Shown: piece after piece, positions 18,667 through 26,629 of the stretch
Position numbering within the stretch: position 1 is the first letter of the stretch
Layout: each line of letters opens with the position of its first letter
Origin: Candidatus Saccharimonadota bacterium
GTDB taxonomy: Bacteria > Patescibacteriota > Patescibacteriia > 2-12-FULL-60-25
Direction of reading: 5' to 3'
DNA length: 32,000 nucleotides
Assembly: GCA_023898425.1 (NCBI GenBank)
Contig: CP060222.1
Span: 300,001-332,000 of the forward strand
Program-made: the position numbers and the translations under genes
The notes under the pieces: generated by a model
Told to the model about the DNA's origin: nothing
Seen by the model: the letters and a program-made list of their open reading frames with translations, nothing else
Database searches by the model: none

Positions 18667-19125
18667 ATGAAAAAATCCCTTGCTTTATTTGCTTTACTTT
18701 TGTTGACGGGCGCAGGATGTCAGGTGGCTAAAGCGCCTGTTGTTCCGTCACAAAATAATCCTGTACAGCAGCCCGCTGCGCAAAATGATGGTATTGAAGG
18801 CACATGGCAAATGGATACGTTTCAAAAAAGCAAAATGGTTGTGCAAGATGTTTCTGCACAGAGTTGGAGATTTACTTTTGAAGAGGGTGTCATTAGTGGC
18901 AAGATTTGCAATACGATAGGGGGTAACTACGGTCTTATCGAAGATGTTCTTGTTGCAGATGAGCTTGTTTCAACACTAATGTATTGCGCTGGCTTATCTA
19001 GTGAGGTTGAAGGTGTTTTGATTCAAGATCTTGCGGTGGGTCTTAAATTTCGTATTGAAGGAGATATATTAACGTTGTCAGAAAATCTCTTGAAACGTGT
19101 GTATACGTTTAAACGCGTTAAATAA
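18667..19125 (+). CDS. META-domain (HslJ-like) lipoprotein
   Basis: Signal peptide with a Cys (LLLLTGAGC). The pattern IEGTWQM...GKICNTIGGNY...TLMYCAG...IEGDILTL resembles a META domain. Confidence 0.6.
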   Translation: MKKSLALFALLLLTGAGCQVAKAPVVPSQNNPVQQPAAQNDGIEGTWQMDTFQKSKMVVQDVSAQSWRFTFEEGVISGKICNTIGGNYGLIEDVLVADELVSTLMYCAGLSSEVEGVLIQDLAVGLKFRIEGDILTLSENLLKRVYTFKRVK

Positions 19126-19126
19126 A

Positions 19127-19151
19127 ATAGACCACTTGGTAAGCGGTCTAT
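19127..19151. terminator. Possible terminator hairpin between convergent genes
   Basis: ATAGACC...GGTCTAT, a 7-bp stem (9 bp with one mismatch), with a weak T-rich flank. Confidence 0.4.
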
Positions 19152-19172
19152 CAGCTGTTGTTTATGGTTGAG

Positions 19173-19499
19173 TTAGCTTAGGGATTCTTGGATAGCGGTC
19201 TCTAAACTTGCGGGATCGATGTCAAAATGAGCGGCGAATTGGATGGCGTTAACAATGAGTTTTGCTGATGCCTCGCGAATCATCGCCTTGGCATTGTCGT
19301 CGAATGTATTGGTGTGATCAAAGGCTTCGGCGATCGTGGCAAGTTTTCCCACCTGCTTCATGGTGTGTAAAAGCGCATGATTGAGAGCAAAGGCACGGTG
19401 CGAAGGCTCTCCTGCGTTGATGTCTTTGAGCGCTGGGTACGTATCGCGATGAAAAACGTACTTACTCGATACAATTTCGTACAACTGAGCAATATTCAT
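19173..19499 (-). CDS. Hypothetical all-helical protein
   Basis: 108-aa ORF with a strong SD (AAGGAGG) 7 nt upstream of the ATG. I recognise no motif with confidence. Confidence 0.5.
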   Translation of the reverse strand: MNIAQLYEIVSSKYVFHRDTYPALKDINAGEPSHRAFALNHALLHTMKQVGKLATIAEAFDHTNTFDDNAKAMIREASAKLIVNAIQFAAHFDIDPASLETAIQESLS

Positions 19500-19540
19500 G
19501 AGGATGCCTCCTTCTGGATCTTAGCGGGTTTTAAAGAATC

Positions 19541-19565
19541 ATGTAAAGTAAAGTTTGCTTTACAT
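19541..19565. promoter_or_regulatory. Palindrome ATGTAAAG-N9-CTTTACAT upstream of the XRE gene (candidate operator)
   Basis: 8-bp perfect arms. Related copies lie at 20187-20206 and 20226-20245. Confidence 0.4.
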
Positions 19566-19612
19566 AATTATTGTGTCTTGCTAGCCTTCCTTAACATATG
19601 AAGGAGTCTGTT

Positions 19613-19810
19613 GTGAATACGGTAAGCGAGCTGAGACTCTCCAGTGGGTGGACTCAGCAAGAGCTAGCCGAAAAACTCGACATTAGTCGTCAAACCGTTA
19701 TTGCGATCGAAAAGGGTAATTACACTCCTTCGGTCTTATTAGCATTAAAGGTTGCTAAATGTTTTAAGAAGTCTGTTCATGATATCTTTACTATTGTCTA
19801 TGAAAAATAA
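19613..19810 (+). CDS. XRE-family helix-turn-helix transcriptional regulator
   Basis: WTQQELAEKLDISRQTVIAIEKGNYTPS. AAGGAG lies 6 nt upstream of GTG 19613. The track ORF starts at ATG 19598. Confidence 0.85.
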   Translation: MNTVSELRLSSGWTQQELAEKLDISRQTVIAIEKGNYTPSVLLALKVAKCFKKSVHDIFTIVYEK

Positions 19811-20171
19811 GCCTTTTGTTTTAGAGATTGCCCTCTCTGTCTTTCTTGTTGGATTAACATTGTTATTTTTGAATCCATTGCAAGCAATTTGGATGCCCAC
19901 GATGTTTATGAGTATGGTACTTGTAGGCTTTATCGTAGCCTTTGTTGTTTTTTCTGCATTCATCTGGCGTGAGTCTGATGGTGATGAGCGCGACATGCAT
20001 CATCGCTTGATGGCCGGACGATTTGGTTTTCTCTCTGGGTGTGCCGTGCTCGTTGGTGCCATTATCTATCAATCACTACAACATCAATTAGATCCGTGGC
20101 TGCTCATGGTATTGATTGTTATGGTATTGAGTAAATTAATTTCTCGTATCGCCTTAGAAAAGCATTGCTAG
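19800..20171 (+). CDS. Small multi-pass membrane protein partnered with the XRE regulator
   Basis: ATG 19800 overlaps the XRE stop. About 4 TM segments. The track ORF (19752) begins inside the XRE gene. Confidence 0.6.
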   Translation: MKNKPFVLEIALSVFLVGLTLLFLNPLQAIWMPTMFMSMVLVGFIVAFVVFSAFIWRESDGDERDMHHRLMAGRFGFLSGCAVLVGAIIYQSLQHQLDPWLLMVLIVMVLSKLISRIALEKHC

Positions 20172-20181
20172 TTATCCACAA

Positions 20182-20211
20182 AAAAGATGTAAAGAGAGCT
20201 TTACATCTTTT
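20182..20211 (+). terminator. Rho-independent terminator
   Basis: AAAAGATGTAAAG-AGAG-CTTTACATCTTTT followed by a T-run. Confidence 0.7.
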
Positions 20212-20262
20212 TTGATTCGCGTAGAATGTAAAGTAAGGTTTACAATTAATTTTCTTCACATT

Positions 20263-20853
20263 ATGACAAAAACATTTTCTGGTTTGATGGGTCTTGCTCT
20301 TCTATTGGTATTAGCAGGCGCTGGTTGCGGACTTCCTGGTCAAGATACACCTAACAATGATACCTCAGTCATGCAGCAGGATGAAGCGATGATGCAAGAA
20401 AAAGATGATAGCGTCATGAAAGAAACAGGTGATTCAATGATGAAAGATGAAAGTGATGCTATGAAGCAGGACGATGCCATGAAACAAGATGGTGTAATGA
20501 AGGATGAATCCATGATGAAAGAGGCAGAAGGCGTTATGATGCGCAAAGGTACCTATGAAGACTACTCAGCTGATAAACTCGATCTTGCAAATGATGGAAA
20601 AGTTGTCTTGTTTTTTAAGGCGAGCTGGTGCCCTTCGTGTAAAGCGGTAGATGCAGATATTGTGTCGCGCTTGGGTGATATCCCATACAACACAACGATT
20701 CTTAAAGTTGACTATGATACAGCCACAGATTTGAAAAAGAAGTATGGCGTAACCTATCAACATACCTTTGTTCAGGTTGATGCACAGGGCAATCAGATCA
20801 CAAAATGGAGCGGTAGCCCTTCGCTAAGCGATGTCGTGAAAAACGTTAAATAA
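20263..20853 (+). CDS. Thioredoxin-fold lipoprotein with a Met/Asp/Glu/Lys-rich linker
   Basis: ATG 20263 gives the signal peptide MTKTFSGLMGLALLLVLAGAGC. There are 13 Met in ~60 aa of (D/E)xxMMK-like repeats. The active site is WCPSC (FFKASWCPSCKA). Confidence 0.8.
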   Translation: MTKTFSGLMGLALLLVLAGAGCGLPGQDTPNNDTSVMQQDEAMMQEKDDSVMKETGDSMMKDESDAMKQDDAMKQDGVMKDESMMKEAEGVMMRKGTYEDYSADKLDLANDGKVVLFFKASWCPSCKAVDADIVSRLGDIPYNTTILKVDYDTATDLKKKYGVTYQHTFVQVDAQGNQITKWSGSPSLSDVVKNVK

Positions 20854-20861
20854 ATAACTCT

Positions 20862-21572
20862 ATGGCGCTGCTCCTCATTTCGTTTATCGCTGGTGTACTT
20901 ACGGTGCTTGCGCCGTGTGTACTCCCATTGCTGCCGATCATTATTGGAGGAGCAGCGCAAGGTACAAAAAAACGAAGCCCGTTTCTGATAACGGCTTCGC
21001 TAGCGATGTCTATTGTTCTTTTCACGTTATTACTGAAGTTTAGTACAGCGTTTATTGATATTCCGCAAGAAACATGGAGTATTATTTCGGGCGTCATTAT
21101 TATCGTATTTGGACTAATAAGCGTTTTTCCTTCTACTTGGGATCGTATTAGTTTGAAATTTAAACTTACAGCTAAGTCAGAAGAATTGCTTGCTGAGTCT
21201 GCGCAAAAATCTTCTCGGTGGGGAGATGTATTAATTGGTATGTCGCTAGGACCGGTGTTTTCTAGTTGTTCGCCAACGTATTTTCTTATCTTGGCAACAG
21301 TATTACCGAGGAGCTTGGCAGAAGGAACATTGTATCTCATTGCCTACGCGCTTGGTTTGAGCTTGGTATTGTTTCTCGTTAGTTTGCTTGGGCAAAAGTT
21401 TACGCGTGGTGCTGCATGGGCGGCTGATCCAAACGGGTGGTTTAAGCGTGGTTTAGGTATTCTCTTTCTTATTGTTGGTGTTTTTATACTGACAGGCACT
21501 GATAAAAACTACAAGCTTACTTACTTGAGAAGGGATACTTCAATATCACAAACGTCGAACAAAAGCTTTTAG
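20862..21572 (+). CDS. CcdA/DsbD-type thiol-disulfide transporter membrane domain (N-terminal half of a DipZ-type protein)
   Basis: LAPCVLPLLP and GPVFSSCSPTY motifs, with 6 TM segments. The tail after 21506 looks out of frame. Confidence 0.8.
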   Translation: MALLLISFIAGVLTVLAPCVLPLLPIIIGGAAQGTKKRSPFLITASLAMSIVLFTLLLKFSTAFIDIPQETWSIISGVIIIVFGLISVFPSTWDRISLKFKLTAKSEELLAESAQKSSRWGDVLIGMSLGPVFSSCSPTYFLILATVLPRSLAEGTLYLIAYALGLSLVLFLVSLLGQKFTRGAAWAADPNGWFKRGLGILFLIVGVFILTGTDKNYKLTYLRRDTSISQTSNKSF

Positions 21573-21619
21573 AAAAAGCGTTACCACAAGAAAAGGCTTC
21601 AGATAATGAACCGGTTTCA

Positions 21620-22555
21620 ATGAAAAATTATCCTCGCTATCGTGAGATCGCGAATCCTTCAGGTTTTGTAAACACGGAACCCTTTCAGATCGCAGATCTC
21701 ATTGGCAAGAAAGTGATTTTGGTTGATTTCATGACCTATAGTTGTATTAATTGCATTCGTACATTTCCGTATCTCAACGATTGGAATGACAAATACAAAG
21801 ATCAGGGTTTGGTGATTGTAGGTATTCATACGCCAGAGTTTGCTTTTGAAAAGAAGCGTGAGAATGTGGTTGAGGCAATGAAAAAATACGGTATTACGTT
21901 TCCTGTTGTCATGGATAATGATTACGGTACGTGGAATGCCTATCAAAACAGCTATTGGCCGCGTAAGTATTTGATTGATTTAGACGGAAACATTGTCTAT
22001 GACCATATCGGCGAAGGTCAGTACGAAGAAACAGAAATGAAGATCCAAGAATTACTAAAAGTAAAAGCGAAAGTAAGTGATCTTGATAAGAGTGATGTTC
22101 TTAATTCACGAAGTCCAGAAACGTATTTTGGATCAGCGCGTAATCGTACTCTCATTACATCGCCTACGGGTGTGAGTGGTATCGCAAATGGAGTTATTAC
22201 GAAGCCTCTTAAGCTTAATGCCTTGTCGCTTGGTGGTACGTGGGATATCCAGCCGGATTTTGCCGTAAGTTCAGCAACGCAAAGTCAAATTGCTTATCGT
22301 TTTGATGCGTCAGAAGTTTATTTCGTCGCCGCAAGTGCCGAAGGACAAGATGTAGAAGTGTTACTTGATGGAAAGTCATTAACTGAACAACAAGCCGGTG
22401 AAGATATTTTCTTTCGTGATGGCAAAAGCTATCTTCGAGTACAAGAAGAACGTCTCTATTCACTCTTTCGTTCAACAGGTAAAAACGAGTCCCATGATCT
22501 TGAGCTCATTGTTCCAGAGGCGGGCCTAGAGGCGTATACCTTTACCTTCGGATAG
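21620..22555 (+). CDS. Thioredoxin-fold (redoxin) protein with a C-terminal beta-rich domain (C-terminal half of a DipZ-type protein)
   Basis: LVDFMTYSCINCIRTFPYL, GIHTPEFAFEK and YWPRKYLID motifs. The frame stays open upstream to 21506. Confidence 0.85.
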   Translation: MKNYPRYREIANPSGFVNTEPFQIADLIGKKVILVDFMTYSCINCIRTFPYLNDWNDKYKDQGLVIVGIHTPEFAFEKKRENVVEAMKKYGITFPVVMDNDYGTWNAYQNSYWPRKYLIDLDGNIVYDHIGEGQYEETEMKIQELLKVKAKVSDLDKSDVLNSRSPETYFGSARNRTLITSPTGVSGIANGVITKPLKLNALSLGGTWDIQPDFAVSSATQSQIAYRFDASEVYFVAASAEGQDVEVLLDGKSLTEQQAGEDIFFRDGKSYLRVQEERLYSLFRSTGKNESHDLELIVPEAGLEAYTFTFG

Positions 22556-22576
22556 CGGGCAGGTATCCTCTTGCCA

Positions 22577-23887
22577 ATGAAACTCGAACGCACAGAAGCC
22601 TTTGAAGAAGCGCTTGAGCAATTGCATCACGGAGGAGCCTTTACCATGATTACCGGTCGAGCAGGGACGGGTAAAAGTACATTATTACAGCAATTTCTTT
22701 TAGAAACGCCTGAGTTTGTACCGGTACTTGCACCTACGGGGATCGCCGCATTAAACGTTGGCGGGCAAACGATCCATCGTTTTTTTGGATTTTCACCAAA
22801 TGTCACCCCAGAGAAAGCTAAGGTAGAAGCAAAGACGCGTTCAAGTGTGGGGATATTTCGCAAAATCAATCTCATCATTATTGATGAGATCTCGATGGTG
22901 CGCGCCGATCTTATGGATTGTATGGACGTTTTTTTGCGAATAGCACGCAATGACAAGCGTCCTTTTGGTGGTGTTCGGATGGTTGTGGTGGGGGATATGT
23001 ATCAGCTTCCACCCGTGGTAACCACACGAGATCGTGAAGCGTTTGGTGCTGTTTATCCAACGCCATACTTTTTTTCTTCACAAGTCATGGGACAGATTTT
23101 TGATGCCGAAGCGTTTTGTTTAATCGAACTTACAAAAATCTATCGCCAAAAAGATGAAAGATTTATTCATCTACTAAATGGTATTCGTCATCGTTCTGCT
23201 ACAAAGAACGACATGCAAGAGCTCAATGCCGTAGTTGGAGCAACACTTCCCAAAGACGCGATTACACTCACTACACGCAATGTGGATGCGGACACCATCA
23301 ACACAACGCGCTTAAAAAAACTCAAAGGTGAAGAGAAGTCGTTTGATGGTTTATTGAATGGTGATTTTGAACGCCATGAGACACCAACAGACTCAGTTTT
23401 GCTATTAAAAAAACAAGCGCGTGTGATGTGTATCGCAAATGATCCGCTTGGTCGTTTTGTAAACGGAAGCTTGGGCTGGGTCGAAGGTTTTGACACTGAT
23501 GAGCAAGGCACATCTTTTGTGCTTGTAAGATTAGATGATGGTCAGACCGTGGCAGTAGGTCCACATACGTGGAGCCTCTATCAAAGCGTCCTCAATGATG
23601 AGACAAAAACTATCGAGCAAGAGGCTGTTGGGAGTTTTACACAATTACCATTGAGGTTGGCATGGGCAGTAACCATTCATAAAAGTCAGGGCAAAACCTT
23701 TGATCATGTGGTAGTGGATTTTGGACAAGGAGCTTTTGCTTCGGGGCAGGCCTATGTTGCGCTTAGTCGTTGTCGAAGTTTAGAGGGCTTGTCATTAACG
23801 AAGCCGGTTACAAATCGTGATGTGCGACTTGATGAAGCAGTGGTGCAGTTTATGGATTATCATCGCTCAGTATCAGTAAGTGAATAG
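22577..23887 (+). CDS. Pif1/RecD-like SF1B DNA helicase
   Basis: Walker A GRAGTGKST, APTGIAALNVGGQTIHRFFG, IIIDEISMV, a Pif1-signature-like segment (LMDCMDVFLRIARNDKRPFGG), VVGDMYQLPPV, TIHKSQG and YVALSRCRS. Confidence 0.85.
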   Translation: MKLERTEAFEEALEQLHHGGAFTMITGRAGTGKSTLLQQFLLETPEFVPVLAPTGIAALNVGGQTIHRFFGFSPNVTPEKAKVEAKTRSSVGIFRKINLIIIDEISMVRADLMDCMDVFLRIARNDKRPFGGVRMVVVGDMYQLPPVVTTRDREAFGAVYPTPYFFSSQVMGQIFDAEAFCLIELTKIYRQKDERFIHLLNGIRHRSATKNDMQELNAVVGATLPKDAITLTTRNVDADTINTTRLKKLKGEEKSFDGLLNGDFERHETPTDSVLLLKKQARVMCIANDPLGRFVNGSLGWVEGFDTDEQGTSFVLVRLDDGQTVAVGPHTWSLYQSVLNDETKTIEQEAVGSFTQLPLRLAWAVTIHKSQGKTFDHVVVDFGQGAFASGQAYVALSRCRSLEGLSLTKPVTNRDVRLDEAVVQFMDYHRSVSVSE

Positions 23888-23901
23888 TAAAAAAAATGAA
23901 A

Positions 23902-23925
23902 GACCCTCGAGGTTAGTCGAGGGTC
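23902..23925 (-). terminator. Terminator hairpin (U-tract on the minus-strand transcript)
   Basis: GACCCTCGA-GGTTAG-TCGAGGGTC. An A8 run on the plus strand upstream gives a U-run for the minus-strand gene. Confidence 0.55.
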
Positions 23926-23946
23926 AAGGCGCGTGAGCGCTTCAGT

Positions 23947-24480
23947 TCAGTCTTCTTCGTCCTCAATTCTCGAGGCGAAGTCTTCGAAGCATTCGAAGTG
24001 TTCGAGCTGTTCGATGATATCCTTCATGATCGGGCAGAGCCGCTCGTTCTTCGAGAGTCCCTCATAGGGCACGTGGATGTAGTCGGGTACCTCTTCGACC
24101 TCAGCTCGCAGAAGCATGATCTGGTAGATCTTCATGTTCTTGTCGCGCTTCTTTAGCTTGGTCATGGCGGCGGCGCTGGCCATTTGGCCCTTGCGCGGCA
24201 CGTGGACCTCTTGAAGCGAGGACTTCTCGATGATCGCTCGTGCGATCGCTCGAACCCGCTTGTTCAGGATCTCGGTGTACTCGTCCCCGTTGAGGCAATT
24301 GATGGGGCCGATTTCTGCAGAGAGAAACGGATGAGAGGCCGAGATCTTGCCGCTTGCATCTAGCGGTAGCATTAGGCCTGTCTTGGTGCAGGCGAAGACC
24401 ATGACGTAGCCTCTCGTCTCGTACTCCGAGATCGACACGAGAGCGGGGTAGCTGTTTTTGTTTACGGTTGTCTGTAGCAT
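23947..24480 (-). CDS. Hypothetical protein with an acidic C-terminus, encoded in a GC-rich island
   Basis: GGAGGA lies 4 nt upstream of ATG 24480 (MLQTTVNKNSYP...). It ends ...FASRIEDEED. I recognise no domain. Confidence 0.55.
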   Translation of the reverse strand: MLQTTVNKNSYPALVSISEYETRGYVMVFACTKTGLMLPLDASGKISASHPFLSAEIGPINCLNGDEYTEILNKRVRAIARAIIEKSSLQEVHVPRKGQMASAAAMTKLKKRDKNMKIYQIMLLRAEVEEVPDYIHVPYEGLSKNERLCPIMKDIIEQLEHFECFEDFASRIEDEED

Positions 24481-24583
24481 CCTATCCTCCAGCGTAAAAA
24501 GGTACGCCGCCAAAGGCTAGCATATTATAGTATTTTTGTCTAGCGCTCTGTTAACAATGCAAGATATGTTATTATATAGGTAT

Positions 24584-25972
24584 ATGTCTCGCTCTATACA
24601 GCAAATAATTGCCAAGATAAGCCTTTTTTCTCTTTTTCTGTCGGTTCTGCCATTTTTCCCGGTAAAGGCGGCGCTTCAGGATGTCCTCATTAAAAGTCCA
24701 AATAATAGCGCTGTTTATTATGTATTGGATGGTAAGCGTTATGTCTTTCCAAATGAACGTATCTATAAGAGTTGGTATATCGATTTTTCAACTGTACAGC
24801 TCGTAACAGATGGCGAATTGGCTTCGTATCAAATTGGAGGCAATATCGCGTATCGACCAGGTACGCAACTTGTAAAGATCGAAAGTGATCCAAAAGTCTA
24901 CGTCGTTGCTAAGCAGGGTGTATTGCATTGGTTGGGTACCGAGGGTGTTGCACAAGAACTGTATGGAGATGATTGGGCAAAAAAAGTCCATGATCTTGCA
25001 GATGCTTTTTTTGTGAACTATTCGGTAGGTGAGCCGGTCTACTCTTCATCAGATTATGTCTTAGACGATCAACTTGCCGTTAAGACGCTCTATCAATGGT
25101 ATAAGGGCATTCCAAATCCAGAACCACCTGCTCCCGTTACGATGAGCACAATGTTTAAAGGATGTCCCGTCTTTCCTGCGAGTAATGCCTGGAATCAGCG
25201 CGTCGACGGTTTAACGGTGCATGAAAAATCCGCGACCTATATTAATGCGATAGGGTCTTCTGCATCGTTACATCCAGACTTTGGAGAAAATCAGAGCTAT
25301 GGCATCCCTTATACAACGGTTGATGCAAATACGCCTAAGGTCGCCATAAACTACACGGCGTATGGCGATGAGAGTGATGCTGGTCCATTTCCGATCCCAC
25401 CAAATGCACGTGTAGAAGGTGGGAGCGATCGACATGTGCTCGTTGTAGATAAAGACGCTTGTATGCTTTATGAGCTCTACGCAGCAGTAAAAACAACAAC
25501 GGGCTGGAATGCTGACTCAGGCGCAAAGTGGGATTTGAGAACGGGTGCATTACGGCCAGAGGGTTGGACAAGTGCTGATGCAGCAGGTCTTCCAATTTTT
25601 AACGGTCTGGTGCGTTATGACGAAATAGCAGCAGGTAAAATCACTCACGCTATTCGTGTTACCGTACCAAGAAGTCAGGCAGGGCACATTTTGCCAGCAA
25701 CACATCACGCAGGATCAAATGATGCGAATTTGCCACCGATGGGATTGCGTCTACGTTTGAAAAAAGATTATGACATTTCTGGTTTAACAGGTTCGGCAAA
25801 AATTGTTGCTCAAGCCATGAAAGAATACGGCTTGATTGTCGCAGACAATGGCTCGCCTTGGTACTTTCAAGGAGCAACAGACGATCGCTGGAATGATGAC
25901 GAACTCAACCAATTAAAAAATATCAAAGGTTCAGCGTTTGAAGCTGTGTATACGGGAGAAATTCGTAAGTAA
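24584..25972 (+). CDS. Secreted conserved hypothetical protein
   Basis: ATG 24584 gives the signal peptide MSRSIQQIIAKISLFSLFLSVLPFFPVKA. The C-terminal region has conserved-looking blocks (LHPDFG, GDESDAGPFPIP, GWTSADAAGLPI, PPMGLRLRLK, ADNGSPWY) of unknown function. Confidence 0.65.
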   Translation: MSRSIQQIIAKISLFSLFLSVLPFFPVKAALQDVLIKSPNNSAVYYVLDGKRYVFPNERIYKSWYIDFSTVQLVTDGELASYQIGGNIAYRPGTQLVKIESDPKVYVVAKQGVLHWLGTEGVAQELYGDDWAKKVHDLADAFFVNYSVGEPVYSSSDYVLDDQLAVKTLYQWYKGIPNPEPPAPVTMSTMFKGCPVFPASNAWNQRVDGLTVHEKSATYINAIGSSASLHPDFGENQSYGIPYTTVDANTPKVAINYTAYGDESDAGPFPIPPNARVEGGSDRHVLVVDKDACMLYELYAAVKTTTGWNADSGAKWDLRTGALRPEGWTSADAAGLPIFNGLVRYDEIAAGKITHAIRVTVPRSQAGHILPATHHAGSNDANLPPMGLRLRLKKDYDISGLTGSAKIVAQAMKEYGLIVADNGSPWYFQGATDDRWNDDELNQLKNIKGSAFEAVYTGEIRK

Positions 25973-25975
25973 AAT

Positions 25976-25999
25976 AAAACCCACCAATTGGTGGGTTTT
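25976..25999. terminator. Bidirectional terminator
   Basis: AAAACCCACCA-AT-TGGTGGGTTTT perfect palindrome with A/T runs on both sides. It overlaps the stop of the Nudix gene. Confidence 0.7.
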
Positions 26000-26555
26000 A
26001 TTTTTGTGTAAGTTTGAACTTGTACCAAGCGGCTATTGTTTCAGAGTGGTTGATGATGCCTTGAGTGATAGCGTCATCAATTTCTTCGGGGCTCATCCAT
26101 TGTGTCGTGAGGTTGTATTCACCCGGATCAGCTTGTTTTGTTGATTCGACAAGATCTTTTGCAAGAAAGAACTCAATATGATGATCAGCCTGTCCAACAA
26201 ATGACACAAGCGTAAAGAGGCGAGTAAGACTATTAGCACGAAAGCCGGATTCTTCTTGTAATTCGCGATTTGCGGCTTCTTCTATAAGCTCATGTTCATC
26301 AACGCGTCCCATTGGAAATTCAACGGTACGTTCTCTAATAGGGTGGCGGTATTGTGAGACGAATAAAAATTCACCCTCATGCTCTGCAATAACAGCTGCG
26401 ACCGTTGGAAACTCAATAACGTAGTACTCAGAACTCCCATCACCAGGATGTTGCAAAGAGTCATGACGCACCGTAAAAAAGGGACAACTAAAGTCCTGTT
26501 TTGAAGCAGTTATTTTGGGAAGGTCTTGAATTTCCATAGATAGGTATTCTTTCAT
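25998..26555 (-). CDS. Nudix hydrolase (ADP-ribose pyrophosphatase-like)
   Basis: Nudix box GRVDEHELIEEAANRELQEESGF. Confidence 0.85.
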   Translation of the reverse strand: MKEYLSMEIQDLPKITASKQDFSCPFFTVRHDSLQHPGDGSSEYYVIEFPTVAAVIAEHEGEFLFVSQYRHPIRERTVEFPMGRVDEHELIEEAANRELQEESGFRANSLTRLFTLVSFVGQADHHIEFFLAKDLVESTKQADPGEYNLTTQWMSPEEIDDAITQGIINHSETIAAWYKFKLTQK

Positions 26556-26563
26556 ATTGTCGG

Positions 26564-26592
26564 TTGATAGAATAGGGGAGTTAGCCTATACT
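26564..26592 (+). promoter_or_regulatory. Putative sigma70-type promoter of uvrA
   Basis: TTGATA-N17-TATACT, ending 37 nt upstream of the ATG. Confidence 0.4.
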
Positions 26593-26629
26593 CGGCCTAT
26601 CGCTCAGAAAAAGGGCGGCTTTCTGCGTT

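Noticed and set aside
20846-21340. 164-aa minus-strand ORF antisense to the CcdA-type gene
   Set aside because: The plus-strand frame carries the conserved CcdA motifs. The antisense product has no features.
24101-24298. 65-aa Arg/Pro-rich alternative-frame ORF inside the second GC-rich island
   Set aside because: It has the low-complexity composition typical of an off-frame reading of a GC-rich gene, and no SD.
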